A stretch of DNA of 64,000 nucleotides. It comes from Podarcis gaigeae (lineage: Eukaryota). The stretch is from assembly GCA_964106915.2 (NCBI GenBank), contig OZ066925.1. One strand, 5' to 3'. Positions 1 through 12,929 of the stretch are shown here, one piece after another. The translations under genes and the position numbers were made by a program. Numbering within the stretch: the stretch's first letter is position 1; each line of letters begins with the position of its first letter. The notes below the pieces were generated by a model. It saw nothing but the letters and a program-made list of their open reading frames with translations. It did not search any database and was not told the origin of the DNA.

Positions 1-3
1 ATA

Positions 4-502
4 CAGTGATACCTTGGTTCTCAAACGCCTTGGTACTCAAACAACTTGAAACCCAAACACTGCAAACCTGGAAGTAAGTGTTCTGGCCTGTGAGCTTTTC
101 TCGGAAGCTGAACATGCTCCGTTTTGAGTGTTACGCTTCTGATTTGAGTGCCACACTTCTGCTTTGAGTGTTACACTGAGGTCTGTCTGCTTTTGCTATT
201 TATTTTGCGTTTTTGTGGCTCTTTCCTTGTTTTTGTGACTGTGTGGAACCCAATGCAGCTACTGATTGATTGATTGTGTGACTGCACTACATTGTTTATT
301 GCTTCCATTTTATGGATCAATGGTCTTGTTAGATAGTAAAATTCATGTCAAATTGCTGTTTTAGAGGTTGTTTTTAAAAGTATGGAACGGATGAATCCAT
401 TTTGCATTACTTTCTATAGGAAAGCGTGCCTTGGTTCTGGAACACTTTGGTTTTGGAATGGACTTTCGGAACGGATTAAGTTTGAGAACCAAGATACCAC
501 TG
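4..502. mobile_element. Non-autonomous Tc1/mariner-pogo (Tigger-like) DNA transposon, ~500 bp
   Basis: TIRs CAGTGATACCTTGGTTCTCAAAC ... GTTTGAGAACCAAGATACCACTG, flanked by TA (2-3 and 503-504); no transposase ORF. Confidence 0.85.
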
Positions 503-1186
503 TATTAGGCACTGCTCTTTCAGAATGACTATGCACATTTGATTATCATGACTCAGTGCAACACCTGAGTTTGTAAGGTCTTTTGTTAATTGATAGGAGG
601 TAAGTGGTATGGTTAGCCACATATAATAGCCATATCTGCTATTATTCATATTTGCAGAATGGGCACAATTATCAGAATAATGCAACTACCTGTGCTGATT
701 AGTACCACTTGTAAATAATAAACTGAGTTATGTGAGCAGTGAGTCTTTATTTGATCTTCTTTTTAACTACATTAAGATTCATAGCTTTGTAAGGAACCAA
801 TAATAATTTTGTTTTGCGCTATATTCATTACAGTGCAGCTCTCTGCATCACTTAAGCAAACTATTGAATGAATGAAGGATTATGAGCTTGGGAGATACAG
901 CATGCTTAAGGACATGCGGTGAACACATGCAGAGCTCAAATTTGAACCGGAGACTAACTGGCTAATGGCTTATGTTCTTAACCTCTTATACTGATTTTTT
1001 ATTATTATTCCCTGCTCCTAACAAGTTTCCAATGGTGGTTGGCAAAAGTGGTTAGAATTAGATCACAAAGACAAAAAGTTAAAAGAAAATCCAACCAGCT
1101 TGTTTCTGGTAAGTCTTGATTTGCTTGTGTGAGGTTGGAATAGTGCAGGTCACTGGAGAACTTAATCTAATTTGATATAGAATATA

Positions 1187-1429
1187 CTGTATTTTGCGCT
1201 CTATAAGACGCACCAGACCATAAGACGCGCCTAGTTTTTGGAGGAGGAAAACAAGAAAAAAAATATTCTGAATCTCAGAAGCCAGAACAACAAGAGGGAT
1301 AGCTGCGCAGCGAAAGCAGAGATCCCTCTTGCTGTTCTGGCTTCTGGGATAGCTGCGCAGCCTGCACACACACATTCCCCCTTACTTTTTAGGAGGGAAA
1401 AAGTGAGTCTTATAGAGCAAAAAATACGG
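1187..1429. mobile_element. pogo/Tigger-like MITE (family B, copy 1)
   Basis: TIRs C(T/C)GTATTTT..GCTCTATAAGAC; TA on the left, CA on the right; 243 bp, near-identical to the reverse-oriented copy at 36566-36808; internal inverted repeat. Confidence 0.85.
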
Positions 1430-1964
1430 CATGTCAGAAAATTGGTTATTAAATATTAGCCAGTTTTTATCTGTTGTACCCATCTCTATTTTTAAATTGG
1501 TTTTTGATGTGTAATTATATTATTTGCCAAAGCAAAATGGTTATACCCAACCTATCTGCAGTCAAACTACCTCCCAAACCATGGTGTTGGCTGGCTTAAT
1601 AGGCAGTTTAAATAATGTCAAATTGCAGGAGTTTATTAAGCTGCTGTGATAATGTACGCAAAGCGCTTTGAACATTTAAAAGGTGCTATATAAATGCTAA
1701 GGGCTAATAGCATTTATTCCCATGAAATAGTAATGACTTCTTGGAAACGAAAGGATGATTTATTCAATTTATACTCTGCAAATGAGTAACGGGGGCTGAT
1801 GAATATGATAATGAGGAATAGATCGGTTTCAAATCCCTCTGGGATTTGGGTCAATCTTCAAGCGCCGTAGGACACTAACCCCAGTCCTTAGCTGTAGAGG
1901 CCCAGGGATGACACAATGGTTAATACATGCTCTGAGCTCGCATATTCCCTATAGCCAATGCTGA

Positions 1965-1966
1965 AT

Positions 1967-2008
<42 letters not shown>
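1965..2008. repeat. (TG)n microsatellite
   Basis: Seen directly. Confidence 0.95.
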
Positions 2009-2010
<2 letters not shown>

Positions 2011-4710
2011 GTTAACCAGCCTGACAGGCCCTGGGTGCTATTATTTTCCTGGTTCTCTCCAAACCATCTTTAATAGCAAACCAATTGACACCCTTTCATT
2101 TCCGGTTCTCTTATTAGTTTCCCTGCCTCTCCCTTTCATGCCATTTCCCTTCCCCAATGCAGTTTTTCTGGTGAGGTCAGGTGATGGAGGCATCCCCTGC
2201 TGTTTCTGCCCATTTCCACTGCCTGTGAATTAGCTCTTGTGGAGGCAGCATTTCCTGTCAGTGAGTGACAAGAGGTGCTGTATCTGACAAGATGAATTCA
2301 TTCTCTCTTTCTCAGTCCCTCTCTCCTTTCTTCTCTTCCTTTCTCCACCAGCCTCTCTCTACCTCTCCTTTGTTTTTAATTGCTTTAGTCCTCTCCCTTT
2401 TTTCTCCTTATAATCTCTCTTCATTTCTCTCTCTCTCTCCCCCCTTTCTATTATCTCTCCTGCCCTCCTTTGTATTCTTTCATTCCCAGCAGGACTCATG
2501 CATACAAATTGACCCCCTCCCAGCCAGTAATGTGACCAAAGCTCTTTGTGGCTCCTACAATCTCTATGGTAACTGTTCAGGGGTGGTGGTGTGGGGCGGG
2601 GAGTGTCTCAAGAGTGGCGGTGTAGACCCAGCACTTAGGCCCAGATATTTTTGTTCCTCCTCACATTGCAGAGCATCCATACGGATCACCTGGCCACTCT
2701 TTAAAAAAAAACCAGCTGTTCTGTTTTTCACTCTTTGTGTCAATACCTTTAAGGAACACTAATGGTAGAAAAAACCCACAAGGTTTTGGGGATGGGTGGT
2801 GATGTGCAAATCTTTTTCCCCAGATAGAAGATATGTTGCCTTCAGAATTGTGTTCCACTGGGCAGAGCTTTTTTTTTTTTTAAAAAAGCATTATATTGAA
2901 TAGGTACCATCCGTCTATGGACATTTATTATCATCCTAGAGAGAGTGGCTGCATTCAAAGGACAACATGTGTTTATATTTCGGCAGCAAGCAACAGCGGC
3001 GAGTCTAAATTGCTCAGAGTCTAAATTGCTCGTGGGGGGATTAAGTCTTTAAGAGGTTTGGATGCCTTTTCATCAGAAATGTGGTTTGAGTTATAGTTTT
3101 TAAAATACCTGTGAATCAGTTCTACCTCAGCACTTGAAGCTGCTCTCACTGCTGCTTTAATCTTCCTGGCTGCTGCTTATAAGTGATCGGTTTCCTTACA
3201 ATAAGTAAATAAATAGGTGCATAACCTGCTAAACATTGCCTGTACCTTCCTAGTAAGCCATGCTGTGCCATTGGGCTGTTTCCAAGAGACAACTCTGGGT
3301 GAAGAGACTGAAAATATGGCTTTGAAAAAGAATAGATTTTTTGCATGCTTAAGATCATGTTGTACAGGTTGATTAATCCTTGAACAGCCTGTCATCCTGA
3401 CACAACCAGGGTGGTTAATATGTCCCCCACAATCCTTACAGTACATGCATAAAGGTGCAGAGAGGATAATAATCTGCTTTAGTAATTCTGAGTATGAAAC
3501 CACAGGACTGCCATTTCCCCCAGATTAATTGTTATAAAGAGGAAGGTGGAGACCTTGTGTATATGACAGTTAGATTTCATTTGGAGCATTAATTTCCATA
3601 ACCAATGACCAAAGTGAAATGGACACACTGTGAATTTGATAGTGGTGGATTTCAAATATCACTTACCTCTTAACCCGGCTCAAAGGGTTGTACTCAGAGG
3701 CTATCCACTGAACTTAATGAGCCTCATAGTAATGCCCATTAACTTCAATAGGTCTACTCTGAGTAAGGACTAGCATTGAGCACCACCCAACCAAAGCACA
3801 TGCGGGGAAGTACTCCATCATTTTAGGATTCATGCCCATCATGCATCCCTTCTGACTGAAAATGTGGGAAAGTATTTTATAGTTTAAATCTGGGCAGATT
3901 CTGCATTTCCCCCCTTTTCTGTGTTTGTTTTATTCATCCCAGGTTGGCTCTTACCATTTAATACCAAATATCACTGTAAGAAACATAATATTTATTAGGC
4001 AATTAAATTTTATTGCCTCCACCACTGCTGGGGGGGGGGGGGGAATCTATTAGTAAATCCACAAAATCTTTCACTGCCCTGTCACATACCACAAACCACA
4101 TGACATTCAGCACTTGGTGATTTTATACTGATCTTTAATTAAGGACATTAATAAACACCAGTACTGCTAAAATAATCTATAGATAATGGGAATGTTTAAT
4201 GAGCCACATTGTCCTAATATGCAGGCAGTTTCTGGCAGGAGAGTCAGCAGTGAAATAGTTAACATTGTGGGCATTTAAGTGGTCATAATTAACAGTCTAT
4301 TAACATGAATAGGGGAAGTTCTCACTTTGGACAGCTATTGTTTCACTCTCTCTGTTTACAGACTCCACTAGACAACAGTGCATAGCTTTGCCTTTGTGTG
4401 TGTGGATTGTTTAAAAAAGAATCAGGAGAAACAGACATTTCATCTTAAAATTAAAACCAAACCTAAAAGGCTGTACATAGCAAAATTATCAGTGTTGTTG
4501 CTTCTTTTATTTTCTTACATTTATACCCCACTTTTCCTCCATCGTAGGACCCCAAGACAGCATACATGTGGCCCCCGAGAAGTCCCCTCCAATCAATGCT
4601 GGCGTAGACCAGACCTAGACCTGCTTAGGCTCAGTAAGGTGACAGCCTCCTTTATTTTCAAGCCATGCCCTGTGTCCCATAACACTTTGTGTAGAAAGCC
4701 TCATTCAGAT

Positions 4711-4962
4711 CAGGGGTCAGCAAACTTTTTCAGCAGGCAGCCGGTCCACTGTCCCTCAGACCTTGTGGGGGGGGGCGGACTGTATTTTTTGGGGGGAAAT
4801 GAATGAATTCCTATGCCCCACAAATAACCCAGAGATGCATTTTAAATAAAAGCACACATTCTACTCATGTAAAAACACGCTGATTCCCAAACCATCTGTG
4901 GGCTGGATTTAGAAGGCGATTGGGCCAGATCTGGCCCCCGGGCCTTAGTTTGCCTACCCATG
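4711..4962. mobile_element. hAT-type MITE
   Basis: TIR CAGGGGTCAGCAAAC ... GTTTGCCTACCCATG; degenerate 8-bp TSD ATTCAGAT/GATCAGAT. Confidence 0.75.
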
Positions 4963-5038
4963 GATCAGATCCATGTAGCCTAGTGTTTCCATCTCCGATT
5001 GGCAGCAGCTCTCCACCAGGAGGTTTTCCTCATTGCTT

Positions 5039-5490
5039 AGAATCATAGAATCATAAAATTGTAAAGTTTGAAGATACTCTGAGGATCATCCGTTCCAATT
5101 CCCGGTAATGCAGGAATCTCAATTAAAGCATCCATAAGAGATGTCCATCCAACCTCTGCTTTAAAACCTCCAATGAAACCGCAACCTCCCGAGGAAGTCC
5201 GTTCCACTGTTGAACAGTTCTTACTTTCAGAAAGTTCTTCCTGATTAGTCGGACTCTCCTTCCTTGTAACTTGAATCCATTGGTTTGAGTACTACTCTCC
5301 TGAGCAGGAGAAAACAAGCTTGCTCCATCTTCCATTGATGTGACAACCCTTGAGATATTTGAAGTTGACTGTCCCATCTCCTCTCAGTCTTCTCTTGTCC
5401 AGACTAAACATACCCAACTCCCTCTCTAGCATTCCTCATAAGGCCTTGGTTTCCAGACTCCTTGATCGTCTTGGTTGCCCTCCTCTGCAG
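5039..5490 (-). mobile_element. CR1 LINE 3' fragment
   Basis: Minus-strand ORF 5123-5377 gives the CR1 ORF2 C-terminal signature (TNGFKLQGRR..LIRKNFLKVRTVQQWNGLPREV..LKQRLDGHL); tail is AGAATCATAGAATCAT, the reverse of (ATTCTATG)n. Confidence 0.85.
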
Positions 5491-5684
5491 TTGCTATTTA
5501 AATGGAGAAGCCAAGAATCGAACCCAGGAGCTTCTGCATGTAAAGCACATTCTGTACCACTGAGCTGTGGTCAGCCCCACAAACAGATAATCATTCTCAA
5601 ACTGCAGCATGATACTGTGCCTCAGGAAGAGCTCCTTGTGTCCCTTGAGCCAAGTTGTCACATCTGTCCACTGGGTATGTGCAG

Positions 5685-6078
5685 CAGTGGCAGAGGAAGC
5701 CTCTTGGGCACCTGAGGTGGCATGCCCAGGGGCAGGGCGAACTGCCCATAGGGCGGCACAGCCTGTGCCTTCCCTATGGGTGCTGCACACCCTGTCGCTA
5801 TGGGCATCACGCGCCCTGCTGTATGGGGTGCGCGGCCCCCATAGGGAAGGCATGGGCTGTGGCATGCGGCGCCCATAGGGATGGAGCGTGCCATGGGGCC
5901 TCAGCTGCCCTACAGGTTGGAGGGAGGCAGCGGGTAGACAGCGCGGAGCCTGCGGGTGCCGAAACACGTGGCTCTTGCACGCTGCAGGCCCCACAGCAAG
6001 TGCCGCCCGCCATTTTGTCACCCCCCCCCCATCAGGGTGGCACCTGGGGCGGACTGCACCCCCCTTCCTACACCCCTG
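5685..6078. mobile_element. GC-rich non-autonomous hAT element
   Basis: TIRs CAGTGGCAGAGGAAG / CTTCCTACACCCCTG; perfect 8-bp TSD ATGTGCAG at 5677-5684 and 6079-6086. Confidence 0.85.
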
Positions 6079-7132
6079 ATGTGCAGGAATGTTTAGGGCA
6101 AGGCTAGCACATGCAGCATCACCTTCTCTACATGTTTTGCGAATCTCTTCAGCAATAAGGCATGAACGGGGCTGTTGAGGCAACGCGACCAGTCATTTCT
6201 AAATCAGGTGGTGCACAGGATCAGGAAAAGGTCATACAGAACCTTTCTTGTACCTTTACATTAAAAAAAAGTCTTAATGAATTGCTTCATATGAAAAAGG
6301 GTGGTGTCTTTTTCTCTTCCTCTTTATTTTAAAACAGGCCTTTGACATGTTACAAGCAGAGCGGCCGACATTTCTCCATAATGCAAGGCTGGTGTAAAAT
6401 CTTACTGGCAAAACAAAAAGTCTAGCAAGTGCTGGGAAAATGCAGGTGGGCAGAAAAGGTGCTCGGCTGGAAAAAAAGATGTGTGTGTTGTTTCTCTCTC
6501 CTGTGGAGATCAGAGAGCAAGCATGGCTCCTGTGCACCTCTAAATTAGAGCAAGAATTAGGAACTCTTTACTATCCAAGCATATATTTCCTATAACGCAC
6601 TTCAGTCATCATTGTGATTGCTTTAGGACTAGAGAGTGCTCATACAGCAAATACTCAGATTACAGCCATCTTCCAAGCCAGTCTGCTAACTCTGCAGAGT
6701 TAATCAGCACAGTTGACCACCCTAGCTGCATTCAACAGGGAGAGCATACCACCCTGAGACAAGCCCCTTCTCACCCTCCAGCCCCCTCTCTTGCTTCTGC
6801 GCTCCCTCCCTGTCAGACTGCTGCTTGATTCCAGCAGCCCTTTTCTGTGAGCACAATGTGGTGTAATATAGCATATCTGCATCCTGAAAATTTTGAGAAA
6901 AATGCAATAACTTCCCTCTCTAATATATTTGGCCTAAATTATTCTGATTTTCATTTTCATTTTATTAATTGAGTCTCTGCTCAAAGTACCCATGCATTAT
7001 AAAATGCAGATAACAATATAATGAAATAATGATATAATGAATGAAAACATGAATCTAGCTAACATCTGGAGTAGAACTCCACATGTAAACCCATTTACGC
7101 TCCCTGCCCAGCAGTAGACAGATACAGTATAA

Positions 7133-7168
<36 letters not shown>
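7133..7168. repeat. (TTA)n microsatellite
   Basis: Seen directly; explains the poly-N ORF. Confidence 0.95.
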
Positions 7169-7169
<1 letters not shown>

Positions 7170-8672
7170 GGAGATAAGCTATAGTAGAGACAGTGCTTGT
7201 CTGTCTGCCTAGGCTGATAATCTAAAGGGACCTGAGATGCTGCTTGTCTTGGGATGTTGTTGCACTGCCCTGTTTGTTGAGGGCACAGGCTCTCCCTGGG
7301 TGGCATGCTGTCAGAGCAAGGGTCTTGCCCTCTAGCTAACCTGGCCAGCAGTCAAGGGAGCTTGCCAGGAAGACAAACAGAATGTTAGAGATAATTAAGA
7401 AAGGAACAGAATACAATACAATACAGGGAATCAGTGGTGCATGCACACTTTTTGCACTATGCGTTATCCTGGTCTGCTCAGAACAATTAGCCAGTCCTTG
7501 TTAAGTAAATTATTCCTGGTCAGAAGGACGCCATTGCATATCCCGGATTATTTATTCTGGCTTTCTATGATCCCTTCCACTTGTTCTATATTAGTCTGCA
7601 GGCAGCAGACTCTGACCTTGAGCCAGTGCCATAGATCACATGAATCTTTCTGGGAAGTTGAGTCCCTGGTTGAGTCTGGGTCTCTAGAGAATGCAGATGT
7701 GGCTTTCATTTTGGAATGTCTCCCTTGCCAACATTGCTCACTAACTGCTATGTGAAAGCACCAATTCAATTTGGCAATGGGAAACTGCACCTGCTGAATG
7801 TTTGCCTGGCATCAGACTGATAAAAGGACAGCAAACATCCCGAGGTGGAGAGTAGCAACTTTAGCTTAGTTCTGAAAAACTGTGACTCCTTGGTGTATTT
7901 TTCTATCAAGCCTAAAATTCCATTCTGGGATATACCAGGACATTTCTTCTCAGTACCTGCAAACTGGCTGGGAAGTACCTCTGAACATGTGTAAGGTGCT
8001 TTTTGTTTACTGCTGGGAGATTGCAAACTCCTTGGGGCAGGGATTGTTCCCTCATGTGTTGAATACACTTTACAAATAGGAACAATGCAGCTTTGTCCCA
8101 CACACCGGAGGTTAAAAGCCACAGGGCTTAGTTCAGAGTATATTATTTCCATATAGGCTTCAGCTCTAGCATTTCTCTTCTTCCAAACTAACATTGCCCT
8201 CTTGTATTTGATTAAAATCCCTCTAAGGTAAAGGTATAAGGAACTCGCACAGGTGGCAGAACATTCTTGAGAATCTGCTGCTCAAGTGTTAAAATATACC
8301 TCTGGTTTGCCAGCCTCCCAGGCTGGTATTGGTTGAGTTGACCTTGCCCAACCCCTTAAGTCCTAGGGCTCCCCTGTGGAAAAAGTGAATCTTATCCTAT
8401 ACCATCCTTCTCTTTGTTCTTACCTACCTGTTCTTTTTGGGGTTTTGTTTTATATATTCCACTGATATATACAAGTGGAGCCTGCAACTATATGTTGCAA
8501 TGTGGCCTCCTCCTGCTCATCATATTAGTCAGCCCTTTCCTAGATGACTCCATTCCATTACCCTTCCTCTCTGGCTTTCTGTTCCACCCCACTCAGTCAG
8601 CATTTTGTGGTTACAGAGTATGCTTGACCTTCATTGTTCTGCCTTGGGTTCCCCCACACCATTGCCTTAGAG

Positions 8673-8884
8673 CAGTGGTGTCCAAACTTTCTTCAAAGAA
8701 GGCCAGATTTGATGAAGTGAAGGGCCGTGAGGGCCAACTGGAGGGCCAACCAAAGTTGTTGACCTTTGAAGGACTGAAGTTGTTGAGCTATTTTATGATT
8801 TTACCCCAGGAAATAAACTGCCACAGGGGCCGGATTAAACCAACTGGTCAATTAGACCCCTGAAACAGACTTTGGACATTCCTG
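8673..8884. mobile_element. hAT-type MITE
   Basis: TIRs CAGTGGTGTCCAAA / TTTGGACATTCCTG; perfect 8-bp TSD CCTTAGAG at 8665-8672 and 8885-8892. Confidence 0.85.
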
Positions 8885-9041
8885 CCTTAGAGTCACCCCC
8901 AAAATATTTTGGTACTCCTGCAAACCTTGAGGATCCCCCAAAGCCTGCTGGTATGTCTCTCATGTGGGTGGGAATTGCTATTTTGGCTGCAGAGGATTCA
9001 CCCTTAGAGAGCGGACTATACTGGAGGTTTTCAATCTTTTT

Positions 9042-9215
9042 GAGTCAGCTCAGTTGGTTGGAGCGTAGTGCATTAACCTGTTTCCCCAAAGGCAACCCAT
9101 ACAAGTAAGGTTGTGGATTCGATCCCCATCTGGGACAGCTGCATTTTCCTGCATTGCGGGGGCTTTGACTAGATGATCCTCAGGTTCCCTCCAAACCCCA
9201 CAATTCTATGATTCC
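9042..9215 (+). mobile_element. tRNA-derived SINE with CR1-type tail
   Basis: A-box-like AGCTCAGTTGG, B-box-like GGATTCGATCCC, 3' end GACTAGATGATCCTCAGGTTCCCTCCAA..ATTCTATGATTC. Confidence 0.7.
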
Positions 9216-10124
9216 ACTGCTCCCTTGACCAGCTACATTCTTTCTGCAGCTTCCCTATGAACAGTCTCCAGCACTGCCTTATACCTGTTTAGTCAAATAT
9301 ATTCAACTGAGTTGCATGGGGCTTGCTCTTACTATGCACTGGACTGCAGCTTTTTTTTAACAAAAAAGGTCAGTCATAGGGAAGCAAGAAATAAATAAAT
9401 TTTAACAGGTTTCTGGCCCATCCCAGATAACACTTCAAATGCATTGAAATCCCTACTTCTCTGCCAGCTTAAGCTGTTTCCCCTAACCCATACAGGTAAG
9501 TTTTACAGTGCTTTTAAAAGATGCTCTGGCTTAGATTTTGGAGAGGCATCATATGAAGGGAAGCCCTAAGCTGGAGTCTCCCATGCAGAAGTCCTCTCTG
9601 TGTTAATTGGGCATCATTTTTTTTATCAATGTAGTGTATCTGTTCCGCTCTGTGTTGCTCATCTTTCTGTTCCTCCAATCTCTTTGGCCTGATCCCATGC
9701 CAAGCAGTTCAGGCAGAAGGCTATGGCGATGTGAATGATTATTTAATGTATTTTGGGGTGTTTCTTACGTGAACTGTGTGTTGATTTACATGGATCCGTT
9801 ACACTAATATGAACTGCAGCTTGCTCTCGAGACTGTGCAGGATAATTAACTCTTATGCCCGTGAAATGCATTCCCCTTTAGGTTAATGTTTTACAGTTGA
9901 ATAAAAAGGGGTTTCTGACCTCTTCATTTAGATGAGATGAGGACATGGCCATCGTTTATGAAATAGGCAGATCATAATGTGAGATTTATTGGGACAGCTG
10001 CAGCTTCTGCAGTCCATTTGAAACATGCAGAGAGTATGTTACTTTCCCTTCCGTAGTACAAATGGATTCTTCCAGGGCTCCTTTATGGCAGAGATGTCTG
10101 CAATTTGCTGTTGTGTTATGGAAT

Positions 10125-10530
10125 ATAAGATGCTGCCTTATGGCAAGTCAGACCATTGGTCCTGCCTACCTCAGTATTGTATACAGTATGCTGACTGGTA
10201 GTGGCTGTCCTGCCAGATTTTAGACAAGTGTCTCTTCTGAACCAATGTAGAGATGCTGGGGACTGAACCTGGGACTTCTTGCATACAGTGGTACCTCGGG
10301 TTAAGTACTTAATTCGTTCCAGAGGTCCGTTCTTAACCTGAAACTGTTCTTAACCTGAGGTACCACTTTAGCTAATGGGGCCTCCCACTGCCACCAAGCG
10401 ATTTCTGTTCTCATCCTGAGGTAAAGTTCTTAACCCGAGGTACTATTTCTGGGTTAGCAGAACCTGAAGCCTATGTAACCTGAAGTGTATGTAACCTGAG
10501 GTACCACTGTACAAGCTATGTGCTCTAAGA
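10125..10530 (-). mobile_element. Old tRNA-derived SINE interrupted by a MITE
   Basis: Reverse tRNA-like head GGGACTGAACCTGGGACTTCTTGCAT[MITE]ACAAGCTATGTGCTCTA; similar to the head fragment at ~5503-5570. Confidence 0.6.
10286..10509. mobile_element. Tc1/mariner-pogo MITE (family A, copy 1)
   Basis: TA|CAGTGGTACCTCGGGTTA ... TAACCTGAGGTACCACTG|TA; homologous to the copies at 26163, 37855 and 40867. Confidence 0.9.
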
Positions 10531-12929
10531 AGGGCCCTGCTCATGTAATGTTCTAAGAAGGGCCCTGCTCATGTCATGTGAGGGTGGATCTGAGGTTTGT
10601 TCTACTGAAAGAGAGGAAGTAAATATTATTTAGGACACAGAAAATAACCAAAGGAATTATGAAATTCTGCTACCCTTGCGGTATATTTGTCAACTTGGTG
10701 CGGTGAATGTACAAATTGATGTTAGCAGGGGCGACCTGAGGTTTTTCGCTACCTGAGATGAAATATCTCTCTGGCGCCCCCACAATGAGCGGGAAGACTC
10801 CATAAGCCCTTATGGAGTCTCTCCTATGCCAGGGAGAGAAACACTGCCACACCGCCCAGTGGTGGTAGGAAAATCTTTTCCAGCCCCTTGTCTGACAGCA
10901 GGCATGGGCCTGGCCAAGGGGGGGGGGGCAGGGACAGGCTGCTGCCCCCCAATAATTTTTTAAAAAAGAAATACATAGCAAACTGAGGTTCTGCCCCCCC
11001 CAAAAAAGAAATATTTTGCAGGGTCTCTTTCCGTGTAGCATTTGGAAAGAAACACATAAATGCATATCCTCCTATTCAAACTTACATGCAGTGGCCAAAA
11101 AAACCCAAGTCCTGTGAATGACATTCTGTCACAGAACTGGGCTCTTCTCTCACCCCCACAAAAAGACACTGGATGTTGCTGTGACAACCTTTTTCCGTCT
11201 CTCTAACAGATTATGGTCATTGTTTTGCATCAAAAGAGTATTTGCATAGCAGAAATCTGTCTTCAATTACCTCTAAAACAGCTTCAGAAGGGTTTGGGTG
11301 TATATGTGTCTGTGTTTTACTTTTAAAATTTATTCTGCATGAAATTATCTTTTTTTGGAACATTGTAGAACATGGCACGATCCTCTGGGGAATGAATGAC
11401 TGACAGAAGCCATACTGTTGCTTTTGTGGATAATGCCAGTTACATTACAGGCAAGATGGCTGTCTCCAGGAAGTGGCTCTGAGTGAGAGAAGTGTGTCTG
11501 CTGCCTGTCTGGTTTCACACAAAAGTCTAGTGTGATTTCTATGTAGCAATGTGCTTTAACTCTTCTGTGTTGCTTTTTTTACACACCAGTGGAATCATTC
11601 CCTAGAGAATAATTTCTTATCCACTGAGTAATACTGGTCCAGAAATTATTCTCTTAATAACAGACCTGTGTGTCTTCTATTGCAAATGCTGAATATTTGT
11701 TTGCTTCTTTCAGAGCTGCTGAAGGCTCAAAGCTCATTAGTCACTACAAAAACTGAGAGATGGGAGGTTTTGAAAGCTGAGTTTTTACACTGTAGACCTA
11801 TGATTCTTCAGAAGTAACTCCCACCATGTTCAATGAAGCTTACTCCCAGTATGTTTTACTTAAGTATGCATGGGACTGCAACCTATATGTAACTCCTCAG
11901 AAGTAAGGCCCAGTGAGGTCAGTGAAGTTAGTTTCTCCCATGAAAGTGTATATAGGACAAGCAGTGTGAAATTCTTGGGGTTCCAGGTGCTTACCCAGGG
12001 TTTGTGTTTCCTTCAGAAATTAGGCACAGCAGAGACTGTGGTGCCTTTATAATATATGGCTTTATTTACACACATATACAACCTGCACCTAGATGAAGGG
12101 GTTGCAGAACATTCACACATCCTATGAGGATCTGGCTTCGCCCTTAAGGGAAGCAAAAAACTATCCTCTGTGACTCTTAGTTTCATCTGTCTTCCCCATC
12201 TCACATGGAGTTCTTCCCCAAATGACTCCAATGACCTCCCCCCCCCGCCTACACCATTCAAAGTTGAAACCCTAAATGTGGCCTTTGCTTCTTCCCACTA
12301 GCACCCCACTCCCCCTTGCTTGGCAATCCTGCCTTCTGATAGTTTCCTTGATGGGCCATTACTTTGCTTTGTTCCTTCATGACTTACACTCAGACAGACC
12401 TCTCCTTAGCATAAGCTGAACCCAGGAATTTCCGTGTTTGGCACAGTTTAATCAAACCTTGATTAATTCTAACTTTTATTGATTCTAATAATTATGGGGA
12501 GTCTGGCAACCAGGAATTTAGGGGAATCTGCCCCCTCCAAACCTATAGTAGTATCTTATGCTTTTGGTTTCACCCATTTTCTTCTAGATCAAATTTGGAA
12601 ACATTCATATACAGTGTCGAGCCTGTACATTATTCTCCGACAGTGTGTAATATAGACACATCATTAGGTTTTATATAACTGGCATGCATATTTGCACACA
12701 AGCAAGTTCCACTGAGTCCAATGGGATTTACTCCCAGGTAAGTGTGCACGGGGTTGGAACCAAAACTATGGCTGACATATTGGGAGAGTCTGAAACCTAC
12801 TTATGAATGATCATGCTTGGGTTTGGAGTCTGTGTGCATTAATTCCTGGTTCTATTTACTTTTACTCCACGATTATATAAATAAAAGCACCATTGCTTAA
12901 AATCATATGTAGTACAAGTTGCAGACCCG

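Noticed and set aside
5494-6183. 229-aa ORF and overlapping ORFs
   Set aside because: Stop-poor GC-rich hAT element; no transposase or other domain recognisable.
9042-9135. tRNA gene
   Set aside because: A/B boxes run into a CR1-type tail with no intact cloverleaf; it is a SINE head. The same applies to the Sauria SINE heads.
11713-11813. Candidate exon (TTCTTTCAG ... GAA|GTAACT)
   Set aside because: Weak donor, no recognisable coding homology, 3' end runs into a repeat-like sequence.
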